A stretch of 64,000 nucleotides of DNA from Candidatus Cloacimonadales bacterium (GCA_963674825.1 OY771587.1:672001-736000), one strand, 5' to 3'; positions 1 to 11,901 are shown, counted from the stretch's first letter. Notes: generated by a model not told the origin, from the letters alone. Made by a program: numbers and translations.

Positions 1-74
1 CGTGGTGTTACACGGTGTCGCGAGGGATCGGGCGAATCTGCAACGTGACATCCATTAGTAAATAGGGGTCTCTG

Positions 75-159
75 CTCCTTCCTCTTTTTCCAAAGGGGAA
101 GGTTGGGATGGGGTTTCTCCGCTCCCTCGCCCATTTATGGGAGAGGGCTGGGGAGAGGG
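75..159. repeat. Two adjacent REP-like GC-rich palindromic elements
   Basis: ctccttcctc-tttttccaa-aggggaagg-ttgggatgggg and ctccctcgccc-atttat-gggagagggctggggagaggg: imperfect hairpins each followed by a G-rich tail, downstream of the lolC/E stop. Confidence 0.5.
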
Positions 160-165
160 TCTCTT

Positions 166-194
166 TCGTAACTCGTAACTGGTAACTCGTAACT
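166..194. repeat. Heptamer tandem repeat (TCGTAAC)x4
   Basis: tcgtaac tcgtaac tggtaac tcgtaac t read directly. Confidence 0.85.
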
Positions 195-198
195 TTCT

Positions 199-1422
199 CT
201 ACTTCCCATCGCGTATCAGATCGACAGGATCGAACTTCGTCGTGCGAAACGCGGGATAGACGCTCGCCAGAATCGCAATCACAAACGCGATGACCGGCAC
301 GAGAATCATATCTGAAAGCCGCATTTCGACCGGTACAGTGCTGAGCGGAAAACCGGGTACAGGAATTTGTGCCCAGTGCCACTTCTGCTGCGAAAAAAGC
401 ATTGCCAACGCAGATACATAGCCCAACGCAATCCCGCTGAGGCTGATCATCAGTCCACCAACGGTAAAGATACGAACCACCTCCTGGCTGCCCATACCAA
501 CTGCCTTGAGAATGCCAAGCTCCTTGCGCTTTTCCACCACCGTCTTGAGAAAACTACCGGAGATGTTCAGCGCTACGATAACGAACATCAAGCTCAGTAC
601 CGTGAACATGACAATCTTCTCGATTCGGATCGCCGTAAAAAGGTTTTTCTCGAACTTACTCCAGTCTTCCACTGCATAGTCGTCACCAATAACATGGGAA
701 ATCCTGTTGGCTGTTCGCATGGCACGATCAGCATTTACGCTACGAATCTCTAGTCGGTCGATCTCATCCGTATAGCCCAGAAAATAGCGTGCGTTCTCAA
801 GCGAGACCAACCCGTAGAGCTTATCATAATCAGGCATGCCGGTTCGAAGTAATCCAACAACCCGGAAGTTATGTGAACGTTGCAACAGACCGAACGGCCC
901 GGGTTCGATACCCAGCGGTGTGGATAGCCGTACTTCCTCTCCGACCGTTACACGCAGATCCAGCGATAGATCCATGCCCAGTAAAATCCCGTTATCGTCC
1001 AGAGCTGCCTGATCGGGATCGCCGATGATAATCTGATCTTGGAGGTCCGTTATCTTCATGTGTTTTTCGAAATCAATGCCAATACAGCGAATTGCCCCAA
1101 CCTGATCGCGATGCTGGATCAAAAGTTCGCTCCGGCATACAGGTGATACGCCTTTCACATCGGGCACTTCTTCGATCTTCCTCATAACAGGCTGCCAGTC
1201 TTTCATCGGTCCATAATTGGCGCTACTGACTCGTATATCCGATTTGAAGCCGATAACTTTCGATCGCATATAGCGCTCGAAACCGTTCATGACTGAAGAT
1301 ACCACCAGCAATGCAAAAACACCCAGCGAGATACCAAGCAGTGCCAGCATGCTGGTCAGATTCAGCGTAAAACGCCGGCGACCTTTCAGGTATCGCGAAG
1401 CTATCCAGGTCGATGGCTTCAA
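199..1422 (-). CDS. Lipoprotein-releasing ABC transporter permease LolC/E family
   Basis: IASRYL, LGVFALLVVSSVMNGF, EKRKELGILKAVG, ASVYPA..T.K.DP; FtsX/MacB-type 4-TM topology; TTG start. Confidence 0.9.
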   Translation of the reverse strand: MKPSTWIASRYLKGRRRFTLNLTSMLALLGISLGVFALLVVSSVMNGFERYMRSKVIGFKSDIRVSSANYGPMKDWQPVMRKIEEVPDVKGVSPVCRSELLIQHRDQVGAIRCIGIDFEKHMKITDLQDQIIIGDPDQAALDDNGILLGMDLSLDLRVTVGEEVRLSTPLGIEPGPFGLLQRSHNFRVVGLLRTGMPDYDKLYGLVSLENARYFLGYTDEIDRLEIRSVNADRAMRTANRISHVIGDDYAVEDWSKFEKNLFTAIRIEKIVMFTVLSLMFVIVALNISGSFLKTVVEKRKELGILKAVGMGSQEVVRIFTVGGLMISLSGIALGYVSALAMLFSQQKWHWAQIPVPGFPLSTVPVEMRLSDMILVPVIAFVIAILASVYPAFRTTKFDPVDLIRDGK

Positions 1423-4400
1423 TATTCCGCGCCATTTGGAGACGAATTGAGTAGTGTCTCCAGCATACTCTTGAGCTTCTGTACGTTATATGGTTTCATA
1501 ATAACATCGACAAATCCGGCTTCCTTTAAATCGCCAACAAGACGAACCTCTGAATATCCAGTCGTCGCGATCGCTTTGATCTGTGGATTAATCTCCCGCA
1601 TGTCTTTCAAGATTTCAATACCGCCCTTTTCACCCGGAATCGTGAGATCGAGCAGAAGCAAATCGTAAGGTTCCTCCGAATTAAGCGCTTCTTTGAACAT
1701 CTCCATCGCTGGAGCACCTGAAAGCGCTGTATCGATGTGGAAACCCAGATGTTTTCCAAGACGTTTCAACATGTCACAGATCTCTTTCTGATCGTCCACC
1801 GCAAGTATTTTCCCAGTAGTTCTGATAATCGTGCGAGTCGGGCTGGTTTCTTCGCGCGTCGCTTCGGATGCAGGCAAAAAGATATCAACAGTCGTAAATT
1901 CACCCTCTTTGGATTTGACCATAATCTTACCCTTGTGTTTTCTAATAATTGAATGCACCACGGCAAGCCCGAGCCCATGCCCGGTCTCCCTCGTTGTAAA
2001 ATAAGGATCGAAAATTCGTGGAAGAATCTCCTCCTTGATCCCCACACCCTGATCCGTTATACTGATATGAACATAATCGCGTAAATCGTTTGGCGCATCT
2101 GAACCTTCGATTTCACGGCAGTTAAATCGGACATTCTTCGCATACACTTTCACGGTTCCACCGTTCGGCATCGCCATACTGGAATTTAACACAATATTGT
2201 GAATTGCCTGGTTGAGCTGGTTTTTATCGGCAAGAACATTCTTGAGATCATCAGGATGATCGAACGAACAAATCGATTTAGATCCCCGCAGCGCAAAATA
2301 CGCTGAATCCTTGATCAGTTCATCCAATGAAGTCGATTCGAAAATCGGCGCTCCCCCTTGTGAGAATGTCAGAAGCTGGTTTGTCAGGGACTTCGCCCGT
2401 CGAACAGCGTTTACCGTCTCGTCCAGATTCTCATATTCCGGGCTCAATCGATTGGTATTCATCATGACCATCTCGATATTTCCCTGCATGATTAGAAGCA
2501 GGTTATTGAAATCGTGCGCGATTCCGCCGGCAAGTATTCCGAGTGAATCAAGCTTCTGCATCCGTATCCGTTCTTCATTCAGGTGATCACGATCCGTGAT
2601 ATCGAATGCGATCTTTAAAAGTGACTTTGATCCGTCGAATTCCTCGAATGGAATCACCTTGATCAGGTATTGCCGATCATCTCGATCATGCCATTCGAAC
2701 GTCGCTGCCTGACCATTCTCGAGAAACTCGTCTGTGTTGCACAAATCACATTGAGTATTTCTGCCCATCATCAATTCATGACAGGTTCGATTGTTGAAAT
2801 CCCCATATCGCTCAACAAACGCATGGTTTGCATAGCTGAGAACATGATCCGCTCCTTGAATAAAGACATGTGCCGGAAGAAGATCAAGAATTGAATAGAT
2901 CCGTTGTTGTTCCATTCGCATCCGGCCAAGAACCATCTCTTTCTCACTAAGATCATTGCCGACTGCAATTATGCTAATCGGATCGCCATTTTTGTCTCGA
3001 ACAAGCGTTGTCGTAATATTCAATGGCTTTTTACCATCCTGAACGGTCTTGAACAAGACATCACCATTCCAGTAACCCGATTTGTTTACCGTATCCCAAA
3101 CCCGATTGGCTTCCTCGCGATCAATAAACAAATCGTTGATACTTTTTCCTACAATCTGCATCGGATCATTGAATCCCAGATGCCAAACTGCCGCTTTATT
3201 AGCATAGGTCACAATCCCGTTCATGTCGACGATTCCGATGCCATTCACTGATGATTCGAGCGCGGCGTCTTTCACGCGGAACATGTCTTCGGAAAGCTTT
3301 CTCATTGTGATGTCTTCAAGAAGGCCAAGAATATAGGAGTTCGATCCGAACGTATCGATGATCGGAACCTTCTTCGTGCTCACCCAGGCAGATTTGTACT
3401 TCGTTTTTATATACACTTCGTCATGTTTATCAACTTCTCGTTGCCGAATCACTTCGAGATCGCTCTGCCTGTATTGGTCAGCCAAATTGCGGTCGGGATT
3501 TATATCGTGATCATTTCTCCCTATCGCCTGTTCTCGCGGCAGACCGATAATCTTTTCCAGTTCACGGTTCCAAACAATGAACCGGAAATCATCATCGACA
3601 TGCTTCACATAGACACCAATCGGTAGATTCTCAATGATCTGCTCAAAAAACACTTTTTGCGACATCAGCTCATGCTCGGCAGATACCCATTTGGTAATAT
3701 CGATCATCGATGCGATGCGCTCCATCGTCTTTTCATTGACGCTGATGCTCATATGTATATGAAGAATCTCTCCACGCCGATTGTACATCTCGAAGTTATA
3801 CTCGGAAGGAGGATCCCCTTTCTTCTCGGAACGCAGGTGATGATAGGCAGCCATACGTTCAAAATCTTCAGGCGTAATGAAATCCTCAAGTTGCCGAATT
3901 CCCTCGATTTCCTTCTTGGCAAAGCCAACCAGTTCTTCGAACTTTCTATTGCACCGCGTGATTATACCATTATCGCCGAACATGCACATTGCCGTTCCTG
4001 AATGCTCGAAAATTAGCCTGTATTGCATCTCTTCGTCATTGACCATCTCGGCGATTTCTCGCTGGTCTGTTATCGGTACCAGAAAGATATGGATATCATC
4101 TTCATTAGCTGGATGAATCCCGATCATACGCAATGGGATGACGCTGAAATCCTTACAAGTTATGCAATGTGTTATCTCGTGTGTGTTACGAGCTTCAAGC
4201 CGGGGAAACATGTTATTAAGCATTTCAGCAATTTCAGGTGGAAACGAGTTATCTACCGTGCTATTGGTTAAATCTACATCGTTAGTTTTAAGCCAGTCGA
4301 ATGCCGCGCGATTCATCTTCACGATCCTCGCTGGCTTCGCTACAACGATATGTGGTATATTGGCAATCGAGCACAAGAGCTCAAGAGTCGGCACTTCATC

Positions 4401-4427
4401 CATTGTCTTCGAGGCTGATTGAGACAT
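1419..4427 (-). CDS. Multi-PAS hybrid sensor histidine kinase/response regulator
   Basis: Several PAS/PAC repeats, H-box AGGIAHDFNNLL, HATPase (DQGVGI, FDPYFTT, GHGLGL), C-terminal receiver (AVDD, LLLDL..P, KP); no obvious TM segment. Confidence 0.93.
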   Translation of the reverse strand: MSQSASKTMDEVPTLELLCSIANIPHIVVAKPARIVKMNRAAFDWLKTNDVDLTNSTVDNSFPPEIAEMLNNMFPRLEARNTHEITHCITCKDFSVIPLRMIGIHPANEDDIHIFLVPITDQREIAEMVNDEEMQYRLIFEHSGTAMCMFGDNGIITRCNRKFEELVGFAKKEIEGIRQLEDFITPEDFERMAAYHHLRSEKKGDPPSEYNFEMYNRRGEILHIHMSISVNEKTMERIASMIDITKWVSAEHELMSQKVFFEQIIENLPIGVYVKHVDDDFRFIVWNRELEKIIGLPREQAIGRNDHDINPDRNLADQYRQSDLEVIRQREVDKHDEVYIKTKYKSAWVSTKKVPIIDTFGSNSYILGLLEDITMRKLSEDMFRVKDAALESSVNGIGIVDMNGIVTYANKAAVWHLGFNDPMQIVGKSINDLFIDREEANRVWDTVNKSGYWNGDVLFKTVQDGKKPLNITTTLVRDKNGDPISIIAVGNDLSEKEMVLGRMRMEQQRIYSILDLLPAHVFIQGADHVLSYANHAFVERYGDFNNRTCHELMMGRNTQCDLCNTDEFLENGQAATFEWHDRDDRQYLIKVIPFEEFDGSKSLLKIAFDITDRDHLNEERIRMQKLDSLGILAGGIAHDFNNLLLIMQGNIEMVMMNTNRLSPEYENLDETVNAVRRAKSLTNQLLTFSQGGAPIFESTSLDELIKDSAYFALRGSKSICSFDHPDDLKNVLADKNQLNQAIHNIVLNSSMAMPNGGTVKVYAKNVRFNCREIEGSDAPNDLRDYVHISITDQGVGIKEEILPRIFDPYFTTRETGHGLGLAVVHSIIRKHKGKIMVKSKEGEFTTVDIFLPASEATREETSPTRTIIRTTGKILAVDDQKEICDMLKRLGKHLGFHIDTALSGAPAMEMFKEALNSEEPYDLLLLDLTIPGEKGGIEILKDMREINPQIKAIATTGYSEVRLVGDLKEAGFVDVIMKPYNVQKLKSMLETLLNSSPNGAEY

Positions 4428-4598
4428 AGTATTTCCTTGGGCACATGATTACCACACATTTCATATCCAATCTCATTTTGATCAAGGAAAAAAATGCGGT
4501 TCACTCTCTTCTCAAATTTCCTTTCCCTTTTTTATCAAGAATTTCTTGCCTGTAAATACCCGTGTCCAGTATAAATGCATTGCGTAAAGGAGGATTGG

Positions 4599-7532
4599 AT
4601 GAGATACGTTACAAGGCTTGTCCTGGTCAGTTTACTTTTTGCCGCTTCGCTTCTGGTAGCGGCCGAAATGCCCGATTTTAAAAAGATCATCGAACGTCAG
4701 CGAATCAGCGAAATGAACCGCTGGAAACAGGCATCCGAACTTCGCGCCGAGACAGATCGACCCATGGATTATTACGACACCCATGGCATGACGATCGATA
4801 TCACGCTCGATTTCGAGACGGAAACCTTTAACGCAATCTGCACACTCGAAATCGAATCGCTCGAGGACAACCTCGATCATTTCAGCTTCGATTACGATAA
4901 TAGTTACTACGTCCAGTCGATAAAACTAGACGGTGTCAATCTCGAATGGGTTCCAGAGGATACAGTCGTATCAGCTTTCTTCAACGAATCCGTGCAAGCC
5001 GGAGAGATCTTCACCATCGAGGTGGAATATTTCTCTCTGCCTGAAAACAGGCTTGAAGACGGCCTCAAATTCGAATATCACGCAGGCGTCCCGGTTGCCT
5101 TCACCATGTGCTCGCCACGTGGTGCACGTAAATGGATACCCTGCAACGACACACCGGCGGATAAAATCGATACAGTCGATCTCTATATCAGCTATCCGAC
5201 CGAATACCTATCGGCATCCAATGGAATCCTGCAGGAAACCATCGATAACGGCGACGGCACCAAGACCGATCACTGGCACGAATCCCACCCTGTAACCTCC
5301 TACCTTATCTCGCTGGCAGTAACCAATTACGAAATCAGCAGCTTCACCTTCGAATGGGAAGGGCAGACCATGCCCGTCGATAACTATGTATATCCCGAGC
5401 AATACGATGTCGCGGTCAACCTGTTCAATCAGAGCGCGGATATGCTCGCCTTCTATTCGTCCATCTACGGTCCTTACCCCTTCCTGGACGAAAAATACGG
5501 CCACGCGGTCTGCACAAGCCTCGGCGCTACTGCCATGGAACACCAGACCTGCACATCGTACAACGCAGGCAGTATCGGTGCTGACGATGCATCTTACACT
5601 GTTGCTCATGAACTCTCCCACCAATGGGGCGGTGACTGCATCTCCATCAACGGATGGTACGACGTCTGGCTCAAGGAAGGATTCGCAACCTATTCGGAAG
5701 CGCTCTGGGCAGAGTACCAGTTCAGTACTGAAGGTCTTATCCAATACATGGAAGACCTTGATTCCGGAAGCCAGCTCGATCCCTGTATCTACCGCGATCC
5801 AGAGGGTTCTGCCAACGAAATCTTCAACTGGGTTGTTTACGCCAAAGGTGCCTGGGTCATGCACATGCTGCGCGGGGTAATCGGTGACGATAACTTCTTC
5901 CAGACCCTCTCCGGTATCCTTGCCGATCCGGAATACCGCTATGGCAACTACAATACCGACCAGTTCCGCGACTACGCAGAAGAAGTTTCCGGGATGGACC
6001 TCGACTGGTTCTTCGATTGCTGGTACTGGAATGAAGGGCGACCACGCTATTCATACACAATCTACTGCTCGGAAGACAGCGACGACGCCATCCTGGGAAT
6101 CTTCTCGGAAGGCACTGCCGGCGCTGACTTCGACATGATGATCCCTTACGAATGCAACGGTGCGGTCTCAAGCATCTTCGTACCGGCCGGCATGGGGCAT
6201 TACACGTTACTGGGAACCAACTCAACCTACGATATCGTTATGGATCCCTACAGCTTCGTTCTCGATGCAGGTTTTGCCCTTCAACAGCCCACCCTCAGCG
6301 AAATCCCGCAGCGGGACGGTAAAGTCGGCCTCGTGTGGGAACCGTTCTTCGATGAGGAGATTGAAGGCTATCATATTTACCGCAGCGAGAATGGCGATGA
6401 ATTCATCCGGATAACGGATGAACCGCTCGATGCCACCTCATGGCTGGACGAAAACCTCAATACCGAGTCCGAATACAGCTATAAAATCAGCGCTGTTTAT
6501 CAGGGATATCAGTCCAATTTTTCCAATACGATTGTAACGCAACCGATCGATTATTCGTTAGATATGGGGATAATGATCGTGGATAATTCAATGGATTACA
6601 ATACCGGAACGCTGCCCACGGATGAAGAAATGGATGCGTTCTATGACGACCTGATGTTGCATTACAATTACACGGCATGGGATGTCAGCGACCAGGGGTA
6701 CCCTCCGCTTTCGGAGATGGGAAAATACTCAACCGTAATCTGGCACGCGGACGATATCCAGCAAATGCCACTGGTGGACGACATATACAGGCTCCAGAAC
6801 TACACGCTCGCCGGCGGAAACCTCCTGATCTCGCAATGCAAGAAGACCTCCGCCATGCAGCCTGCCATTCTCGACCAGTTCTTCGAAATCACGGGCGTCA
6901 CCTACAACAATCAACCTGATTTCATCGGCGCGATTTCTGCAGATACCAGCGAATTCCCGAACATTCCCATTGATCCTGACCGGCTGCCGCTTCCCAATTG
7001 GACCGATGCAATGGGATACGTCTCTCGCTTCGAGATCGACGAATCGGTCGAGGTGCTTTACACCTACGATTCCATCAGCGATGACCCTGACTGGGAAGGC
7101 CAACCATGCGCTTTCAGGCTTCAGAATCCGAACATCATTCTGCTCGGTTTCCCGCTCTACCACATGATGGCTGCCGAAGCACAAACTTTCATGCAGGATG
7201 TACTGCATGCTTTCGGGGAGCTCGATCCCGCCGTCGATGACCCCACAGCTCCTCAATATAGCACCGATGTAACGCTATATCCGAATCCGTTCAATCCGGA
7301 ACTGAATATACGCCTCTCGATGGAGAAACCGGGCCTCACAGAGATTCGCATCTACAATGTTCGCGGCGAACTGGTTCGTTCATACGAACCGGAGATGCTG
7401 GACGCAGGCATTTACACCCGCGTCTGGGATGGCTGCAATCAACAGGGAAATCCTGTTTCATCAGGAATATACATGGTCCGCACAAATCATGCCGACAAGG
7501 TAAGTGTAACCCGTGCGGCGCTAATTAAATAA
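4599..7532 (+). CDS. Secreted M1 family metallo-aminopeptidase with FN3 and FlgD-Ig/T9SS-like C-terminal domain
   Basis: AMEH, HELSHQW..E zinc motif, YAKGAWVMHMLR; signal peptide; YPNPFNP C-terminal domain; start moved to ATG 4599 after AGGAGG. Confidence 0.9.
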   Translation: MRYVTRLVLVSLLFAASLLVAAEMPDFKKIIERQRISEMNRWKQASELRAETDRPMDYYDTHGMTIDITLDFETETFNAICTLEIESLEDNLDHFSFDYDNSYYVQSIKLDGVNLEWVPEDTVVSAFFNESVQAGEIFTIEVEYFSLPENRLEDGLKFEYHAGVPVAFTMCSPRGARKWIPCNDTPADKIDTVDLYISYPTEYLSASNGILQETIDNGDGTKTDHWHESHPVTSYLISLAVTNYEISSFTFEWEGQTMPVDNYVYPEQYDVAVNLFNQSADMLAFYSSIYGPYPFLDEKYGHAVCTSLGATAMEHQTCTSYNAGSIGADDASYTVAHELSHQWGGDCISINGWYDVWLKEGFATYSEALWAEYQFSTEGLIQYMEDLDSGSQLDPCIYRDPEGSANEIFNWVVYAKGAWVMHMLRGVIGDDNFFQTLSGILADPEYRYGNYNTDQFRDYAEEVSGMDLDWFFDCWYWNEGRPRYSYTIYCSEDSDDAILGIFSEGTAGADFDMMIPYECNGAVSSIFVPAGMGHYTLLGTNSTYDIVMDPYSFVLDAGFALQQPTLSEIPQRDGKVGLVWEPFFDEEIEGYHIYRSENGDEFIRITDEPLDATSWLDENLNTESEYSYKISAVYQGYQSNFSNTIVTQPIDYSLDMGIMIVDNSMDYNTGTLPTDEEMDAFYDDLMLHYNYTAWDVSDQGYPPLSEMGKYSTVIWHADDIQQMPLVDDIYRLQNYTLAGGNLLISQCKKTSAMQPAILDQFFEITGVTYNNQPDFIGAISADTSEFPNIPIDPDRLPLPNWTDAMGYVSRFEIDESVEVLYTYDSISDDPDWEGQPCAFRLQNPNIILLGFPLYHMMAAEAQTFMQDVLHAFGELDPAVDDPTAPQYSTDVTLYPNPFNPELNIRLSMEKPGLTEIRIYNVRGELVRSYEPEMLDAGIYTRVWDGCNQQGNPVSSGIYMVRTNHADKVSVTRAALIK

Positions 7533-7562
7533 AGTAATTATAACCAATATGGAGTGACTATT

Positions 7563-10115
7563 ATGGATCGTTTACATAATATAACCCTCGATCGCGACAA
7601 GCTCCGGCTATCGCACCTGATCAAAAACTACGGCGATAATATGGACGCCGAAACCCTCGTGCGAGATTTCGCGGAACGCTTGCGATACAGCCTATGTGCA
7701 GACCGCTATTCCGCTTCACCATACGACTGTTTTATCAGCTTCGCACTCGCAATTCGCGACTGCCTGACCGCACGCTGGGTACGAACCCAACAGGAATACT
7801 ACAACCAGGACGCCAAGCGCGTTTATTACCTCTCCATGGAGTTCCTCACGGGCAGAACATTGGGCAACGCCATGATCAACCTCGGTATCTGGAATGAAGG
7901 TATTGAAGCGCTTAGCAAGCTCGGCCTCCAGCTGGAAGACATCCGCGAACTGGAGTGGGATGCGGGACTCGGAAACGGCGGTCTCGGTCGTCTGGCAGCT
8001 TGCTTCCTGGATTCGATGGCAAGCCTTCAGCTCCCTGGATACGGCTACGGAATTCGCTACGAATACGGCATTTTCACCCAAAAGCTATGGGACGGATTCC
8101 AGATCGAAACGCCGGACAACTGGCTTCGCTACGCCAATCCGTGGGAAGTGGAACGCCCGGAATTCATCTACCCGGTAAAATTCTACGGACGCCTGCACCA
8201 ATACCTCGATCCGAAAGGAAAATGGAAAGTCGATTGGGTTGACACGCAGGACGTGATGGCCATGGCATACGATACGCCGGTACCAGGTTACCGCAACAAC
8301 ACGGTGAACACCCTGCGCCTGTGGTCGTCCAAATCAACGCGTGACTTCAACCTGCAATACTTCAACAGCGGAGATTATATCCGCGCCGTAGAAGAGAAGA
8401 ATAATTCGGAAACGATAACCAAAGTGCTCTACCCGAACGACAACAACATGCAGGGCAAGGAGCTGCGCCTGAAACAAGAGTACCTGTTCGTATGCGCAAC
8501 ATTACAGGATATCCTGCGCCGGTTCGAGAAGGTTCACACCAACTACCACGATCTGCCGGGCAAGGTCGCCATTCAGCTCAACGATACCCATCCTGCGCTG
8601 GCGATTCCCGAACTGATGCGGCTGCTTGTCGATGAGCGGGAGCTCCCGTGGGATACCGCCTGGGAAATTGCCCGTAAAACATTCGCATACACCAATCACA
8701 CCGTGTTACCGGAAGCTCTGGAGCAATGGCGCGTTGACCTGATGGAGCGCTTATTGCCGCGTCATCTTCAGATTATCTACGAAATCAACCGCCGCTTCAT
8801 GGATCAAGTGTGGTCCACCTACCCTGGCGATATGGTTCGTATGCGCAATATGTCCATCATCCGCGAGGAACCGGTCAAGACAGTGCAAATGGCGAAGCTC
8901 GCAATCGTGGGTTCGCATTCTGTCAATGGCGTTTCTGCACTGCATACCGAGATCCTCAAAGACGACATCTTCAAAAGCTTCTACGACATGATGCCTGAGA
9001 AATTCAACAACAAGACAAACGGTATCACACAACGCCGCTGGCTTAAGCTCTCCAACCCGAAGCTCTCCGAGCTGATCGATTCGGCTATCGGCAAGAAGTG
9101 GACGAAAGACCTCTTCGAGCTGAAGAAACTCGCTCCGTTGGCTGACGACGCCCTCTTCAGGGATCGCTGGGCTCAGGTCAAGGAAGAGAATAAAGTAGAG
9201 TTCGCCCAGTGGGTGGAAGAAACGCACGAAGTCCGCATCAACCCGAAATCGATGTTCGACTTCCAGGTGAAGCGTATCCACGAATACAAGCGGCAACTGC
9301 TCAACGTGCTGCACGTAATCGACCTATACAACCGTATCCGCATGAATCCGAAGGAAGATCACCTTCCGCGCACCGTGTTCATTGGCGGAAAAGCAGCTCC
9401 GGGATATCACGTTGCCAAGCTGGTAATCAAACTTATCAACTCTGTGGCGCGCATCGTCAATAACGACCCGCGCGTTCGCGGCAAGCTCAAGCTTGTGTTC
9501 CTCACCAACTACAACGTCTCCATGGCACAGCGTATATTCCCGGCTTCCGAGCTTTCGGAACAGATTTCCACCGCGGGACGCGAGGCATCAGGTACCGGAA
9601 ACATGAAGTTCGCACTCAACGGCGCGCTGACCATCGGAACACTGGATGGCGCGAATGTAGAGATCAAGGAGGAGGTCGGAGACGATAACATCTTCATCTT
9701 CGGCCTCAACGCCGAGGAAGTGGAGAACCTGAAGCGCTCCGGCTACAATCCCAGAACATACTACGAAGCCAATCCCGATCTTAAGCGTGTGCTCGACATG
9801 ATCCACGACGGCTATTTCTCGCCTGACAAGCCGGATCTATTCCATCCGCTTGTGCAATCACTGCTTGATCGCGACGAATATCTGCTTTTAGCCGATTTCG
9901 ACTCCTACGTCAACATGCAGCGCAAGGTGGAAGAAGCCTATCGCGACAAAGAACGCTGGACACGGATGTCGATCCTGAACGTGGCCTATAGTGGAAAGTT
10001 CTCATCAGACCGCACAATCAAAGAATACGCAGATGAAATATGGAAAGCCAAACCCATCGATGTACCGCTTACGGACGTCGATGTCCTTATCGAAACAGGA
10101 GATGAAGAGATATGA
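7563..10115 (+). CDS. glgP: Glycogen/starch phosphorylase (GT35)
   Basis: [28 protein letters not shown]-site [21 protein letters not shown] 7563 after GGAG. Confidence 0.97.
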   Translation: MDRLHNITLDRDKLRLSHLIKNYGDNMDAETLVRDFAERLRYSLCADRYSASPYDCFISFALAIRDCLTARWVRTQQEYYNQDAKRVYYLSMEFLTGRTLGNAMINLGIWNEGIEALSKLGLQLEDIRELEWDAGLGNGGLGRLAACFLDSMASLQLPGYGYGIRYEYGIFTQKLWDGFQIETPDNWLRYANPWEVERPEFIYPVKFYGRLHQYLDPKGKWKVDWVDTQDVMAMAYDTPVPGYRNNTVNTLRLWSSKSTRDFNLQYFNSGDYIRAVEEKNNSETITKVLYPNDNNMQGKELRLKQEYLFVCATLQDILRRFEKVHTNYHDLPGKVAIQLNDTHPALAIPELMRLLVDERELPWDTAWEIARKTFAYTNHTVLPEALEQWRVDLMERLLPRHLQIIYEINRRFMDQVWSTYPGDMVRMRNMSIIREEPVKTVQMAKLAIVGSHSVNGVSALHTEILKDDIFKSFYDMMPEKFNNKTNGITQRRWLKLSNPKLSELIDSAIGKKWTKDLFELKKLAPLADDALFRDRWAQVKEENKVEFAQWVEETHEVRINPKSMFDFQVKRIHEYKRQLLNVLHVIDLYNRIRMNPKEDHLPRTVFIGGKAAPGYHVAKLVIKLINSVARIVNNDPRVRGKLKLVFLTNYNVSMAQRIFPASELSEQISTAGREASGTGNMKFALNGALTIGTLDGANVEIKEEVGDDNIFIFGLNAEEVENLKRSGYNPRTYYEANPDLKRVLDMIHDGYFSPDKPDLFHPLVQSLLDRDEYLLLADFDSYVNMQRKVEEAYRDKERWTRMSILNVAYSGKFSSDRTIKEYADEIWKAKPIDVPLTDVDVLIETGDEEI

Positions 10116-11122
10116 TCGTATTAGTCACCGGAGGTGCCGGCTATATCGGTAGCCATGCATGCCTGTCGCTGCTCGAAGCCGGACACGAAGTTGTCGTTGT
10201 TGATAATCTCTCAAACAGCAAGGAAGAATCGCTGCATCGCGTGGAAAAGCTTACTGGAAAATCGTTGATATTCCATCAAATCGACCTGCTTGACGCGGAA
10301 GCGCTGGATCAGGTCATCGAAGAGAGCAAACCGGACGCAGTCATCCATTTCGCAGGATACAAAGCTGTGGGAGAATCGGTAGAAAAACCCATGATGTATT
10401 GGCACAACAACATCACAGGCACCATCAACCTTCTGCAAAGCATGCAGAAGCACGGCGTCAAAGTGATTGTGTTCAGCTCGTCGGCAACCGTTTACGGTGA
10501 ACCGGAAAAGGTACCCATCACCGAGGAATTCCCGCTCAAACCCTACAGTCCCTACGGCTGGACCAAGTTCACGATCGAGCAGATGTTGCGCGATCAATTC
10601 ATGGCGCATCATGACATGAGCATCGCGTTGCTGCGCTATTTCAACCCGGTGGGAGCGCATCAATCAGGTATGATCGGCGAAGATCCCAACGGCATCCCGA
10701 ACAATCTCTTCCCCTTCATCTCACAGGTACTTGTGGGACGCAGACCAGAGCTGCGCGTATTCGGAAACGACTACCCTACGCCTGATGGTACCGGAGTTCG
10801 CGATTACATCCACGTGATGGATCTGGTGGACGGGCATGTCGTCGCACTGGAGAAGCTGCATGGCAAGCCCGGACTATACACCTACAACCTCGGTACGGGA
10901 ACCGGATGCAGCGTGCTGGATACGCTCCATGCGTTCGAGAAGGTTACCGGGCGTGAGATTCCGTATAAAATCGTGGATCGTCGTCCCGGCGACGTGACAA
11001 CCTGCTACGCTGATTGCAGCAAAGCAACCGAAGAATTGGGGTGGAAAGCAAAGCACAATCTGGAAGAAATGTGCGCGGATTCTTGGCGCTGGCAGTCGCA
11101 GAACCCGAACGGTTATCTCTAA
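10112..11122 (+). CDS. galE: UDP-glucose 4-epimerase
   Basis: [45 protein letters not shown]. Confidence 0.96.
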   Translation: MIVLVTGGAGYIGSHACLSLLEAGHEVVVVDNLSNSKEESLHRVEKLTGKSLIFHQIDLLDAEALDQVIEESKPDAVIHFAGYKAVGESVEKPMMYWHNNITGTINLLQSMQKHGVKVIVFSSSATVYGEPEKVPITEEFPLKPYSPYGWTKFTIEQMLRDQFMAHHDMSIALLRYFNPVGAHQSGMIGEDPNGIPNNLFPFISQVLVGRRPELRVFGNDYPTPDGTGVRDYIHVMDLVDGHVVALEKLHGKPGLYTYNLGTGTGCSVLDTLHAFEKVTGREIPYKIVDRRPGDVTTCYADCSKATEELGWKAKHNLEEMCADSWRWQSQNPNGYL

Positions 11123-11901
11123 TCGACCAGGAGAAGTTTGCCGTAACTACTGGAAGAATCCAGCTTTACGCGATAGAAATAGACACCTGCTGAAAGCGAT
11201 TTTCCGCTATGGTCGCGAGTGTCCCATAGCACGGACGCGGATGTCGGATGAAGCGTTCGCACCTTCTGTCCGACAACATTATAGATATTGATGGTACAGG
11301 ACCGGTATTCCGGCAGTGACAGCCTCACGTCGGAACCGGTCCTCACCGGATTGGGAAAGAACTCGATCCGCTCTGGACAGTCTTCGATTTCCTCATCCGG
11401 GATACTGTTTATAGGCACAAGCATGAAATTGATCACGATCGCTGTATCGGCACTAACGTACACATCCTGTTCTACGACGCCCTCGTAACCATCCGCTTCA
11501 CAGATTACATCGTATGTCTCCGGCATCAATTGCACACAATAATCTCCCCACATATCACTCACGGTAGAGCAGGTATCCGCTGAAATTATCGCGCCGCGCA
11601 TACCAAACTGGGTGCTACTGTCCGTTACCGTACCCACGATGAACGATCTCGCATCATTCTGGTAGATCGCGTTTCGAGGACAGACTTCAACACAATCGCC
11701 GCAACCGTCGCATAGGGACTGGTCGATACGCATGGAGTGGAGTTCGTTGTAGTACGTTATCGCGTTATTAGGGCAGACCATCGCGCATTCGGCGCAACCG
11801 TCGCAGATACCTGGATGGACTTGATAGGTGTCGCGCACCGATCCTGCAAATAGAATGAAGCCGAAAACGATCAGAAGAAGGGCAATCATCGCATGACGCA
11901 T
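11119..11901 (-). CDS. Signal-peptide protein: 2x[4Fe-4S] ferredoxin domain + carboxypeptidase-regulatory-like beta-sandwich + FlgD-Ig/T9SS-like CTD
   Basis: CDGCAECAMVCP and CDGCGDCVEVCP; IVGTVTDS..G.Y..ADGYE; FPNP..IYNVVGQKVRTL..WD..GVYFY; hydrophobic N-terminus; GGAGG upstream. Confidence 0.85.
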   Translation of the reverse strand: MRHAMIALLLIVFGFILFAGSVRDTYQVHPGICDGCAECAMVCPNNAITYYNELHSMRIDQSLCDGCGDCVEVCPRNAIYQNDARSFIVGTVTDSSTQFGMRGAIISADTCSTVSDMWGDYCVQLMPETYDVICEADGYEGVVEQDVYVSADTAIVINFMLVPINSIPDEEIEDCPERIEFFPNPVRTGSDVRLSLPEYRSCTINIYNVVGQKVRTLHPTSASVLWDTRDHSGKSLSAGVYFYRVKLDSSSSYGKLLLVD

